A stretch of DNA of 64,000 bases from positions 16,554,001 through 16,618,000 of the forward strand of contig OX597825.1 of NCBI GenBank assembly GCA_951406725.2, written 5' to 3'. The notes below the pieces were generated by a model. That model was not told where the DNA came from and did not search any database. It saw only the letters and a program-made list of their open reading frames with translations. Of the stretch, positions 25,571-39,053 are shown piece after piece (positions within the stretch are counted from its first letter, which is position 1; each line of letters begins with the position of its first letter). The position numbers and the translations under genes are program-made. This DNA is from Octopus vulgaris. Lineage: Eukaryota.

Positions 25571-26661
25571 GTCGCTTTTTATTAATGGAAACACATTTAT
25601 AAATTACATTTTTATCCTGTTTCTACCAACATCACGCGGTGGGGGATGGTGATGTTTGCCCACGCTTTTTCCATCTTTATCAGTATTATTGTTGTTATTG
25701 TTGTAGATATAGTTATTATGCACATTGGAAATATTGCTGCATTTAAGATGACGAGGCTTACATCTGTTTTTGCTTTTCCTTTATCCCGTATCATAATTCT
25801 TGTTGTTGCAGTGGTAAGTAGCCATATTCTGTTTCTTTATTAGCCACAAGGCCCCAAAATAGAGGGGGGCAAACAACGACAGACAGGACACCACAGAGGG
25901 GACAATACATAAAACGAATTTGAATGAGATGATTATATAACAATCAGGTTATGAATGGCTTCATGCGCCCCTCATCACATGCAGTGCCATTAATCGTTTT
26001 TTACAGTCCATTTTTATCATGTACTTACATAACAATTAATTATCGTGTTACAAACCATTGCAAGTATTTGAACCGTTATATACATTCTCTATAACTGTTC
26101 TTCTATTTTTCAATATTTTAAAACTATAACAATACTCGTATTGTTATTGTTGCTGTTGTTAATTCATGTCTTTGATATTGTCTCATTTATTGTGGGGGAT
26201 TCAGTTTCGTAACTGGAATTAATTTCTTATACTGTATAGTCGCTGTTGTTGTTGCTGATGCTTGTTGTCATAGCAGCAGTGTGGTCCACTGCACTTTGAA
26301 CCTGGTGAGTTTTCCCAATCCTTTCCATTTGAGGGTAGAAGGTGAAGGACTCGAAATTGTCTTGCAACTTACTATGAAGACCACCTCTTACGTCGTCTTC
26401 CAATTCTTTTATCTGGGCTGTCGACGCCATAATTGTTTATAGGATTATTTTGTCCAACAGAAAATGAAAATGTCTTTCGAAACTGAGCCCCCAAAAGGGC
26501 ACAAACAAACTAATAAACAAAATCAAACTTATGCAATGGTAGTGGTTTTCAGAAGCGCTTTGTAACAAACTAAACAATTTTATAGACAAAAATTAACCAA
26601 AAGGTAAACAAAAAATATACGAGCAAAAAGACATGTCCTCAGCTAATTCGAATAAAAACAA

Positions 26662-26670
26662 ATAATGATG

Positions 26671-26728
<58 letters not shown>

Positions 26729-26738
26729 CAACAACAAC

Positions 26739-26837
<99 letters not shown>

Positions 26838-26862
26838 AAGAAGAAGAAGAAGAAGACGAGGA
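26662..26862. repeat. (AAT)n + (AGA)n microsatellite
   Basis: Direct reading. Confidence 0.95.
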
Positions 26863-27111
26863 AGAAGAAAAAGAAAATGAAAAGCCCCTGCTAACAATAA
26901 ACAAAGCAAAACCGAATGGAATTCGAGTTTTCGTCCTCAAATGTCGCCAACGTCAACACGTATTTTCCATCATTGTTTATTCAGCAAACCATATTTGATT
27001 TGGTTTTGTCTGAAGCGATAAGGTTCTAGTTTATCTCAAAACACCCACACCATCACACTCTGATACACACACACACGCACGCACACACACACATACATAC
27101 ATAGACACGTG

Positions 27112-27152
<41 letters not shown>

Positions 27153-27210
27153 GGGAATATGAATATGTAAATATGAATATATATATACATAAATATGCAA
27201 ACGGGTGCAC

Positions 27211-27266
<56 letters not shown>

Positions 27267-27316
27267 GCATATATATATATGCATATATATATATACATAT
27301 ATATACATAAATATAA

Positions 27317-27347
<31 letters not shown>

Positions 27348-27971
27348 CACAAATGTACATGTATAAATGCGTACGTGCATACGTGTGTTATTGTGTGTGT
27401 GTATAGGAATATACTTTATGCATTCTCCATATTGATTTCTTTATTTCTGTATAACACATGTAATATGTATGTTTGTGATTGTGCGCATGTATGCGTATAT
27501 GTTGGCGTGTGTGTAAAACAAAATGGTTATATACCTAAAATAAGAAGATTTTGTTTACCTACGAAAAACTCATTTGATAACCTCGACTTTTTTTTATATT
27601 GCCTGTGTTTATCGTAGGGGTTTTCATTCTTTCCTTGCTTTTTCATTCAATACGTGAAAGAAAAAGAAAAAAACGTGGATGATAAAATGTGACAGCTTAC
27701 TTGAGTTATCGAATATTCAAACATAAATGCACTGTTAAATGGTAACACACACACACACACACACACAAACTTTCACAGACATTAAACATAAACGTACACT
27801 GATACGCATACACACATGCATATATGCAAGTGTGTATGCGTAAAGATGTGTATATATATATATATATACGCATATATGAATGTACATATTTATACACGCA
27901 TATGTACATGCACATATATATGTATATATATGTATTTATAGCAATATGATTGCAAATGCGTAATTGTATAC

Positions 27972-28051
<80 letters not shown>

Positions 28052-28052
28052 C

Positions 28053-28094
<42 letters not shown>

Positions 28095-28904
28095 ATGTAT
28101 TTATGTATGTATGTATGTATGTAATTTTGAATATATATATATATATGTGTGTATATATTGTGTTCAATATAATATTATATTACACATGCGCAGAGTGGTG
28201 GGCATGCGTACTGCCATGCCTATAAATTGTAACTAAAGATCCATAAAATGTATAGTTTGGCAGTATTGCAACTATTACACCAGGTAATAAGAGATAAGCG
28301 GGTTTAAGAGAGAGGTCAAAAGAACTCTCTAGCAACTTGGTGTGTCCAAATCTTTCCGCCAACACGAAGTGGGAACATATCACCATATAGTGTGTTCTGT
28401 GCTGAGGTGCTGAGAATGGAATTAAGTGGAAAGAAAAAAAAAATGGCACAAAAAATGCTATCTCAGGAAATTGAGTAAATATGCTTTTTTTCTCCTGTAG
28501 CCGTTCGAATACATGAAAACGGATGTTAGACACAAAATATTTATGTAAATCAAATGCTTTGCATTTTCTCTGTAGAAGATTGTTGACAACGCTATCATAA
28601 AAAAAAAACTGCGGTACCAACTTCCAAGCGAGGAACCGTGAAAGTTTCGTCGTGGCCAGTTGATGGAAACTCAGAAATAAAACCAAATCTTCACAAATCA
28701 CATCTACCACTTTAAATAAAGGAATTGATATATGGGATATTAGTCTTAAACAAATTGGGATACATATACACACAACCTCCTCCTCGACTTCCCCATTCAC
28801 CTGATCTCCACCAGGGTGGTTAAGTCTGGATTGTCTTTAACTACATATTTGTTTAAAAGGAACGACCTAGAGTAAAACCACAATGCCATTTATCATTAGT
28901 GTTT

Positions 28905-29090
28905 AGCCACTACACACATTTTTTTCTCTCCTTGTTTCTCTGCTTGTTTTTTTCTGTGTCCCTTTCTGTAGAAGAGCGTAGGCTCAAAACGTAAAATACT
29001 TTTTCTGTTCCTCAGCGTTATCGTAATACATGTTTGTTTTGTACACTACCTGTCTCCGTCTTTTGTTTTTTTCGTAAACTCTCCCTATAT
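28905..29090 (+). mobile_element. Penelope-like LTR fragment with degenerate hammerhead-like motif (28963-28996)
   Basis: Homologous to 29650-29712 and 29892-30030; UUU CUGUAGA A GAGC GUAG GCUC AAA ACGU A AAA (G12 mutated to A). Confidence 0.55.
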
Positions 29091-29498
29091 GTATATATGC
29101 GTATGTATAGAATATACACATACGCTTAATTTGAAGGATGTCCATGAGACTTGAATCTACATTTCCTGAAGACATGACAGGTGTTCTGCCATTGGACTAA
29201 AGTAATCCAGTAATTTCATGCTATTATTTATAGCTTTATGTCGTGTAGTCGAAGTACCAATAATCCCCCCAAAATTATTTCACGTTATCTCGAAAGTTTA
29301 TAAAATTATACACGCGCACACATACACATGCGCAGGTGCATGTGTGACAGTGCATTATGACGTTTGCTTCTTAATCACATAGTATCGGGTTTAGTCTTAC
29401 TGTTTTGCACCTTGGGAAAGTCTCTTCTACTATGATCTTGAAGCCTTGTGATTGGATTTGGTAGACACTGAAAGAAGTCAGTCGTATGGTCGTGTACA

Positions 29499-29609
<111 letters not shown>

Positions 29610-29821
29610 CTATCTATCTATCTATCTATATACATGATAGATAGATAGCCACTAAACCTTTTTCTATTTTCTCCTCTCCCTGTTTATTTCTGTGATCCTT
29701 TCTGTGGAAGAATGTCTTACTGTGTAGCACCTTGGGAAAGTCTCTTCTTCTATGGTCTCTAAGCCTTGTAGTTGCATTTGGTACACGGAAACTGGAAGTC
29801 AGTCGTATAGTCGTGGACATT

Positions 29822-29882
<61 letters not shown>

Positions 29883-29937
29883 AGATCGCTAGCCACTAAA
29901 CCTTTTTCTATTTTCTCTCCCTGTTTATTTCTGTGTT

Positions 29938-29975
29938 TCTTTCTGTCGAAGAGCGTAGGCTCGAAACGTAAAAGA
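29938..29975 (+). ncRNA. candidate minimal type-I hammerhead ribozyme, A6U core variant
   Basis: UCUUU CUGUCGA A GAGC-GUAG-GCUC GAA ACGU A AAAGA: 5-bp helix I, 4-bp helix II, palindromic helix III, GUA cleavage triplet. Confidence 0.65.
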
Positions 29976-30254
29976 CCTTCTCACTTCCCGAGCGTTAAAC
30001 TAAAACATCTGTTTGTTGCTCACACGCCCGAAACTGACCCATCAGTATAGGGAGATCCTCGACCTGTGCTTTCGGGTGATCACAGTCCCTGCCAGTACAT
30101 ATGTATACAATTATGTCCTTTAAGTAGAGCATTAGAGCTTCTTAGCACTTATTTCCAGCAATGTAGATATTCTAGCAACCGTGTTATAATTAGCGGCAAT
30201 TACTGTTTTCCTTTTTGGTAACACATTGCATACAGCTACCTTTATTAAAATACT

Positions 30255-30320
<66 letters not shown>

Positions 30321-30551
30321 AAATTATAATAATTTAGGGTATTTAGGGTATCTGGAAATAGCAGTCAAAACTTGAATCTAAAACCACATTAAATGTTCAT
30401 ATAGCACTAGAAGACCAGAGAAAAATAAACTAGCAAAAAAATTACTGGATAATTTCAGATCCCAGATTTCTGGATTTGCATAAGAGATGCTCTGCCTTCA
30501 TCAGCGGAATACACTCAGATAACACATAAACACACACACACACACACACAC

Positions 30552-30586
<35 letters not shown>

Positions 30587-31593
30587 ATACGATATACTTA
30601 CATATACGAACGTATATACATACATATATATGCACGTATGTACACGACCAGTTTAAATTGCCCGTCAATTTCTATAAATTTATATATATATATATTTATA
30701 TACAATAACATACAGATGCAAATCCATATATATGTGGTGTGTGTGAAAACTTACTCCCTCCCCGAACTTCCTGGCCTTGCACCTAAATTTGAAACCGATG
30801 TATTGTACCTTTGGTGTTCTCAAAGCATACTTGGCCGTCGTGTTTTCACTAGAATTTGTACTCGAGATCTCTGTTCACGGAAATGATGCGTGATTGAAGT
30901 GTGGTGTTTGGTTGTGTGGGTATGACGCTTATGTGTGAAGGTTAATACGCGTTGCCATTGCTAGTGATCTCATTGTTTATCTACAAGTCCCTCCTGATCG
31001 AGAACAATGATCAAAAGCATCGCAGCGATTTCCATTCCATCGTTTCATGCATATGCACAGCTACATTATCTAATGTGTTCTATCCTCCTATTATTGCCTT
31101 AGCGTGTGATTTCAGAGAAATTCGAAGGAGGTTGCAGGCCGAGCTGTCACGTACATGTTCTGTTGTTAGGTGGAAATGATGGATGCTAACATCTGCACGT
31201 TAATGCATGCGTAATTAAAACTAATAAGGAGGGCATCATTAATGTACAAAAGGAAGATTGGATTGTTCGCACATGATTCATCAATTTCAACATCTTTATT
31301 TTTTCCACAACGGAAGGAAGCTTTCTCCAAATGTAGCAAATACTATTTCGCAAGTGTTATTTTTTTCCTTTTTTACATTGCATTTCCATTGTGTTTTGCT
31401 TGAAAAAATCTCTCTTTCCTTCCTCTTATACTATAGTCTAACTTTAGTTTCCACTTCCTCTTGATTTCAGAAATCGACAATATACGCTGGGAGCAGCTTT
31501 TGATCTTGTATCTGAAGGGATTATTCTTTCAAGCATTTCCTGTTCCCACTTTTTATTAAAATTGTGACACCGTTGCCAATATGAAGAGAATTC

Positions 31594-32006
31594 GGATTTT
31601 TACGGTTTGAACTGCAGTTTTTTCTAGCGGTGTCTTGTGAAATTGTCACCCATAATTATGACCCTAATATCGATCTATTGCATTTCAATCTGTTTTAGGG
31701 TTAGGGTTAGGGGTGGAGGAAATGGTATCTTTTTCTTCTGAAATGTAAATAAACCCAATCTGTTTCTTAAACAAGGGACATATTCTTACGGTACAGAATG
31801 TTTTCACCTCAATAAATGTCATTGATGTTTGAAATTGCAGAAATTGGAGAAAAAAAACAACAAATATCTTACAAACTATAGAATTTTCTCAATAAAGCCA
31901 AGAGAAAAAGATGTTTTATAAACACACTCTACCAGTATATGAAGTTTAAAAGTGTTTAGTTACGTGGAAATTATTTAAAAAACTGCCGTTCAAACCGAAA
32001 AGATCC
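31594..32006. mobile_element. MITE with ~29-bp TIRs, GG termini and 8-bp TSD (Merlin-like signature)
   Basis: GGATTTTTACGGTTTGAACTGCAGTTTTT ... AAAAACTGCCGTTCAAACCGAAAAGATCC; GAGAATTC at 31586-31593 and 32007-32014. Confidence 0.88.
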
Positions 32007-33319
32007 GAGAATTCAAATATATCAGTCGAAAGGTCAATGAACAATAGTTTCTAACTTTTGGACAACTGAATTCAGGTGGTCATTCATACACATTCGATAA
32101 TTATATTATTTATTACTGTTCTGTTGATTGCTAATTACTTTATCTTTTAATATACAAGACAAGATGATCAAAGTATAGTAGTCAGATCGAAGTAATTACA
32201 AAGAAAGACTTGGCTGCGTGTTAGGAAGTTTGCTTTTTAACCACGTGGTTTAGTCTCACTGCATGGCACCTTGAGCTACTATTACAGCCTCGGGCCTATC
32301 GAAGACTTGTAAGTGGATTTGGTAGCATGTTTGTCTTTGTGCCTGTATTTGTCTTCTACCATTGATTGGATTGACAACCGGTGTTGGTGTTTCTTACGTC
32401 CCCATAACTTAGCGGTTCAGCAAAAGTAATCGATAGAATAAGTACCAGGCATAGCAAAAATGTAAGTATTGCGGTTGATTCATTTCACTAAAAGGTCTTT
32501 AAGGTGGTGCCCCATTATAATGACTGAAACAAGTTAAAGATAAAATATATTAAAAATGCATTGAAACCTGCCTCTTCCCGCAATTTCGATCTTAGGTACA
32601 ATCAGAAAACACTTTATCTTATACCAACGCAGCGTATCACAGCCTAATATTCCCAAGTAGCCTAGAATCCAACGACAAGATGAGGACGTATCAAATACTA
32701 TTTAACGAATGGCTGCAGTATTGTTCGTGCTCTTCAGAGAAAGATAGAGAGGATGAGAGGAAAGAGGGGAATGTTCTATTTTCACGAACAAGTATATATT
32801 AATTACTTGCACTATCTCTTTCAGTATTTTCAATATTGAATTGCTAGCAGTACATTATTTGCTTCTAAAGTTAGCAAGCGAAGCCGCAAAGTTGAATCTG
32901 GATTCTGAACACAGAAGAACAAAATATGATGTTGTACGCTATTTAGTTATTTCACTTTTCTGTTTTCCAGACTCATCATTCCTCCAACTATTGTATGTTC
33001 TATGGCAAAATTTCGGAATGGATGTTGTTGAATATATCGCCTATTCCGCCCACGTCACTCTGAAATAATCGCCAGAATATTTAAGATTGATGTAACTGTA
33101 GCTCCAATCTCTTGTTTGTATTTATCCTCCCTCTGCCAGCTGTTTCAATGTCTGGGTTAAACTTACAACAGATTTGTAGGAATTTTCAAAAGTTATCTTG
33201 ATCTCCAAGGTAACCTATAGGCTGTGTTAGAATACTCACCCTTGCGCTATTTACCTTATGAGAGATCCACTCAACGTAAATAACGGAATATACTGAGGGG
33301 TATTAAAAACTTCGACATA

Positions 33320-33469
33320 GGCTGTGTGGTAAGTAGCTTGCTTACGAACCACATGGTTCGGGGTTCAGTCCCACTGCGCGGAACCTTGGTCAAATGTCTT
33401 TTACTATAGCCTCGGGTTGACCAAAGCCTTGTGAGTGGATTTGGTAGACGGAAACTGAAAGAAGCCTGT

Positions 33470-33539
<70 letters not shown>

Positions 33540-33768
33540 CGTGTGTGTGTGTATGTTTGTGTGTCTGTGTTTGTCCCCACCCAACATCGCGTCACAACCG
33601 ATGCTGGTGTGTTTACGTCCCCGTAACTTAGCGGTTCGGCAAAATAGACCGATAGAATAAGTACTAGGCTTGCAAAGAAGAAGTCCTGGGGTCGATTTGC
33701 TCGACTAAAAGGCGGTGCTCCAGCATGGACACAGTTACATGACTGAAACAAGTAAAAGAGTAAAAGAG
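33320..33768 (+). mobile_element. SINE family S1 (tRNA head, CORE-like CCTTGGGCAAGT segment, internal (TA)n, LINE-derived tail)
   Basis: A-box TGTGTGGTAAG, B-box-like GGTTCAGTCCC; 3' GGCGGTGCTCCAGCATGG...GACTGAAACAAGTAAAAGAGTAAAAGAG. Degenerate copies at 11050-11225, 16875-17015, 32212-32545, 50000-50210 and 51700-52060. Confidence 0.92.
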
Positions 33769-33900
33769 GGTATATGTTACAGATCAAAATCACTCTTTTG
33801 TAACAATCCTACGTTTGTCGTCATTAATTATTATTTACAACAGTTAATGCGGTGAGCTAGCAGAGTCGTTAGTACGCTGGACGAAACACTTAGCGGTAAT

Positions 33901-34044
33901 CCGTCTACCAAATTCACTCGCAAGGCTTTGGTCGGCCCGAGGCTATAGTAGAAGACACTTGCCCAAGGTGCCACGCCGTAGGACTGAACCCGGAATCATG
34001 TGGTTGGTAAGCAAACTACTTACCACGCAGCCACTCCTGCGCCT
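33901..34044 (-). mobile_element. SINE family S1 5' half
   Basis: Reverse-complement match to the head of 33320-33455 and 59731-59875. Confidence 0.88.
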
Positions 34045-34287
34045 GATTATCTTTTCTTTAGTAGAAGTCAATTGTCGATAAAAGTTTCTTTTCTCATACT
34101 CCTACCTTCTCTACTGCTGATAGCAATTGGTTTATTGTATGAAGTTGGTTAACAAACAGAATCATTAGCAGAGGCAAAATACTTAGCGGCATTTCGTTCT
34201 GAGTTCAAATTCCACCGAGGTCGATCTTTCTCGCCATCCTTTCGGGGGTCGAAATACATATACCAGTTGAACACTGAGGTTGATGTA

Positions 34288-34468
34288 ATCCTCCTCGTCC
34301 TCGTCCTCCTCCTCTTTCTCGTCTTCCACGTCCTCGCCTTCCACGTCCCCGTCTTCCTCGTCCTCGTCCTCCTCCTCGCCCTCCTCCTCCTCGCCCTCTT
34401 CCTCCTCGTCTTCGTCCTCCTCCCCTCTCCCTCCCTCTCTCCTCCCCCTCCCCCTCCTCCTCCTCCCA
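34288..34468. repeat. degenerate (CCT/CGT)n pyrimidine tract inside a split S2 SINE (34157-34497)
   Basis: S2 sequence runs to ...TTGATGTAATC and resumes as ...CTGGTCTTGTGACAAAATTTGAA after the tract. Confidence 0.75.
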
Positions 34469-36663
34469 GACCTCTGGTCTTGTGACAAAATTTGAATCCA
34501 GCTGATTCGTTGTGTTTACTGACTGATACACTTTTCTATCACTTAATGTGTTTCGCGTTCCAATAAGAATCTACGCTTTATTATTATAATTCATATTCCT
34601 TCCTAATGATTCGTATACTTTAAAACGTTTCCAGACCAAATTGAAGAAACATTTAACTCTAATATGTTTCTTAGTTTTTTTTTCTCTTATATTCCTCCTC
34701 ATATTTTTTGTTACGATTTTCTTGCATTAGCTTCACGGAACATTTTGTATGTAAAACAAATTACTAAATAGTGTAAAGTTATTTTTTGTAGCTTCTACAA
34801 GTTCGCTACGTATGTAAATGTTATGAGTATCACCCCCATTTCTTTCTTTTACGATATATAATAAAATATATATTTGATGGCATTATTTTGTTCTTTGTGT
34901 CTTCAATAGTCTCATAAATCATTCTTTTACGTATTTATGTTTCTTGTTAATTATTAGAAATATTTTCTTTACGTAAAAACCACTATACATAAATACTAAA
35001 TATTATTTACCATAAAAGTATTGTCAAGTATTGTAGTTAAATAGACGTTACATTGAAAATCGACGGGTGGGGAATTTTTTATTATTATGGTGTAACATAT
35101 ATTTACTTCTATTTTCTTCCATCTCTTCGCAACTAACAACTATAGAATTTATCACAACTCTTGTTAATTCTACACTGCGACTAGGTGAACTCATACATTT
35201 CTTATTTATTGCTTGACGAAAGTTAAGTGTTTTGGCTACATATAAAATGCTGCATTGGTGAAATGATACGAGCAATCTATTGGTCCACCTCTCGCGGCTA
35301 AATACTATCGATCAGGCCAGCATATGCCACTCATAATCAAAAAGACAACGTATTAAAAAAGACCAAAAACAAAAAAAAAACCCATTCATGTTGCAAGAAC
35401 AACAATCACAGGCTTCTTCAGAATGTGTACATCTCAGCATTTATATCACTGAAGTGGCTAATGGTAAAAATTAGTTTAGTTTTTGTTTTTGTTTATTTCA
35501 TTCATTAAGTCGTTGTTCTAAAACGAATCTCCACATTTTTGGAGACACTGAGAATGTTTGCATGAAGTAACTTCTGCCATAGCTGACGGTAATTTTCTTC
35601 TTGTGTAGGAAGGAAAATGATCTCTAGTTTTGTTATGCTTCATTTACTGTAGCCATTGTGAGGAATGAATTGTTAACTTGTAAACTTTCTACATCATGAT
35701 TTTGAGAAATACAATTGTGCTGTTTTGCTAAGGGAGCTAGGAATAAAAATTCCATTATAGTTAAGTGTATTGTTTTCGTCTTTGTTTTTTTTTTTTTCCT
35801 GCTGAATAATCTAGAAAGTATTTTTTTATATTGAAATCTGAACTTCACCTGGGGAGTGAGTTGACTTTGATAGCTACGAAGAAGGTCGATATTTTAGTGC
35901 TTGGCAGAACGCTTCATATTGCCCATCGATTTAATTTTGTCCAGAAAGCAGAACAATTCATGAACAGAGCAACTACATCCAGTTTAATTAAATCGCCAAC
36001 CGCAATAATCACACGGATAATTAAATTTTCTCTATTTTCACTAGAAACAAATAGTTATTAGCAAGGGAACAATTTAGTTAATAAATAGACTACAGAGTAT
36101 GTTGCGGTGAAATAGCTGCCATTAAAAACAGAATAACGAAAACACTTATGTGACTGCAAAGTGAAATCGTATTATTAGATGATTGAAACTTGGTCTTTTG
36201 TATTTCTTACGTTCCTATCTTTTTACTTGACGTAGACATTTCCCACTAAAGGAAAGGAAATGGGCACCTTATTCAACAGCAGAAACCTATGTAAAAGGAA
36301 CGAAACCGGGAAACGAATCTGAGTTTTGAGCGTAAATGGCTGGTATCAAAATATAAAAAAAGGCGCGCATGCAGAGGTACATATCTAAGGGTTTTTTTTT
36401 GTTGTGTTTAAATAAAGGATTCTAGGGGAGAAATAAACACATCTAATAACTGTTAGTATTGTTATAGAAATGGGAATTTCTAAAACAGATAAACAGTTGT
36501 TTGATGAATAATATCATTGGGATGCATCTTCTACCTTTGATAAAATCAGTTCCATAATTGATATTTCTTTGTTGCGATTCACCGCAATTCATGCTTTAAT
36601 GTTCATTCGTTAAAACCTCCAACATGACTCGGTTCACCTTTCAATATTCCATTCGGGACTTAC

Positions 36664-36738
36664 CTTAATAATCGAGCTAAACCAAATAACGAGCAACAGC
36701 AGATGGAATTTGATCCACACAAATTCGGAGATAGACAT
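36664..36738 (-). CDS. candidate first coding exon of a secreted/membrane protein (signal-peptide-like, 25 aa)
   Basis: GCA-ATG MSISEFVWIKFHLLLLVIWFSSIIK ending AAG|GTAAGT; upstream acceptor CCTGATTTTCGTTTTCCTTAG| (exon 36793-36664); in-frame stop 9 nt before the ATG; repeat-poor surroundings. Confidence 0.45.
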
Positions 36739-37216
36739 TGCAGTCCGTCAAAAATTATCCCATGCAGAGAACACCATAGAATTAATGAAGAGGCTAAGGA
36801 AAACGAAAATCAGGTTCGGAACATTTTTTTTAGTTGTAGTTGCATCTCACATGTGTCCCTCATGTTTCTCAGTAGTACATCATTGATCCATTTCATAAGG
36901 CTAGTGGTGAGAAGTAAGCAGATTGGATACGAGATCAAACGGTGTATTCTCTAATCGATGTTGGGTTGAATTTACCAAACAAGATAAGGTTGAGCAATCT
37001 ACTATCAAAGCATGATTGGTTGGTACGAAGCATTCGAGTGTGGGCTGAAAAAACACTGCAGAATATGAGCAATGCGTGTATATGTGTGTATGTGTGCATG
37101 CATGTGTATGTGGTCTATCCGTGTATGTGTATGAGCAGGTAAACGTGTTTGCGTGCGAGCGTGCTTGTGTGCGTCTGTGTTTATGTGTGTATGAGAGGGT
37201 AATGGAGTGAGAGGGT

Positions 37217-37260
<44 letters not shown>

Positions 37261-37483
37261 ACCTTCGATTGGCTGGTTACTAAACATAGAATATCAAATC
37301 CTTCTGCCTACTGCGTAATTCAATGCCTTTTTCTAGGTTTCCCGGAAATACCTTTTATTGTGCACTAAAAATATTATGTTTTTAGAAAATTAAATATAAA
37401 GAGGAGTCATTTCTTTGACAATTCATCCATTATCATACAGTTTTCAAATACTATTTCCTGTCAAAATGTAAACTAAATTACAG

Positions 37484-37539
<56 letters not shown>

Positions 37540-38488
37540 GCATATACATACATATTGAATAAGTCTTGAATTTCACAAGAAACTCTAGTTTTCTTAAATT
37601 ACTTATATTTAGTGTTGAATGTATATATAAAAAAGGAAAAAAAAAACGTAAAATATTATGACAACTGGCACGTTATTTCTGAAGTCATTTTGTTATTGTT
37701 ACATATTCAGTTTCCGGAATATTCAAAATTTTTTTTAAAAGAGAATTTCTCACTCTATTATAACCATGTCTTTACTTATTTATTTATTCATAACATATTG
37801 TCTTGCCATTCCATATATGTATATAAAAAAGATATCCTTCATTATTTAATTTCATTTATTCAAATTTTTATTCATATTTTTGAAACATTTTGTAAGTAAA
37901 CACTATATTCTCACATGCAGACGGACATTGTACGATATCTGTTGTGTCTATATGTTATTGGCAATTTTTGTATGTTTTAGCTTTCTCTATACATGTATTC
38001 CATTTCTTATCACAAATTACATTATTTTTCTTACTTGTTCATTATGTGCTCTGAACAACAACGATGACTTTATATTTCTTTCCACTAAAGAAAAGCAAGA
38101 AAAAAAAAAAGATATTAAAATAAAGACACATAAACAAACGATATTAACAGCAGATTGCAGAATCGATTTTCTGAGATATTTATAATGTGACAGCTGCTAT
38201 CTAGAATACTTTTAATTTACGATAGAGAAACTCGGGAGAAAGTAGCACTGAATGTTGTTTTTCTTTTCTCCCTCACTCACTCAAATTCAAAATCAGTTTT
38301 ATGACTGCTGCCAAACTGTAAGGATATTAAAGGCCTCTGACTTCTTGCCCAAGGAGAAATATTTCTTGAAGCATAAATTGACAATTAAACAGTTTTCTAT
38401 ATACAACATCTCATTATAGTGTTTACTGAATCGAATGTTGCAGTAGAGATGAAGTAGATGTAAGTTTCTGGAATTAAAAATAAAACGC

Positions 38489-39053
<565 letters not shown>

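Noticed and set aside
28180-28800. 206-aa minus-strand ORF
   Set aside because: Non-ATG start and no recognisable domain. A faint LFxTNIP in another frame hints at a decayed Penelope RT but cannot be supported.
31695-31712. Telomere or chromosome-fusion scar
   Set aside because: Only three units, internal to a MITE with TIRs and TSD.
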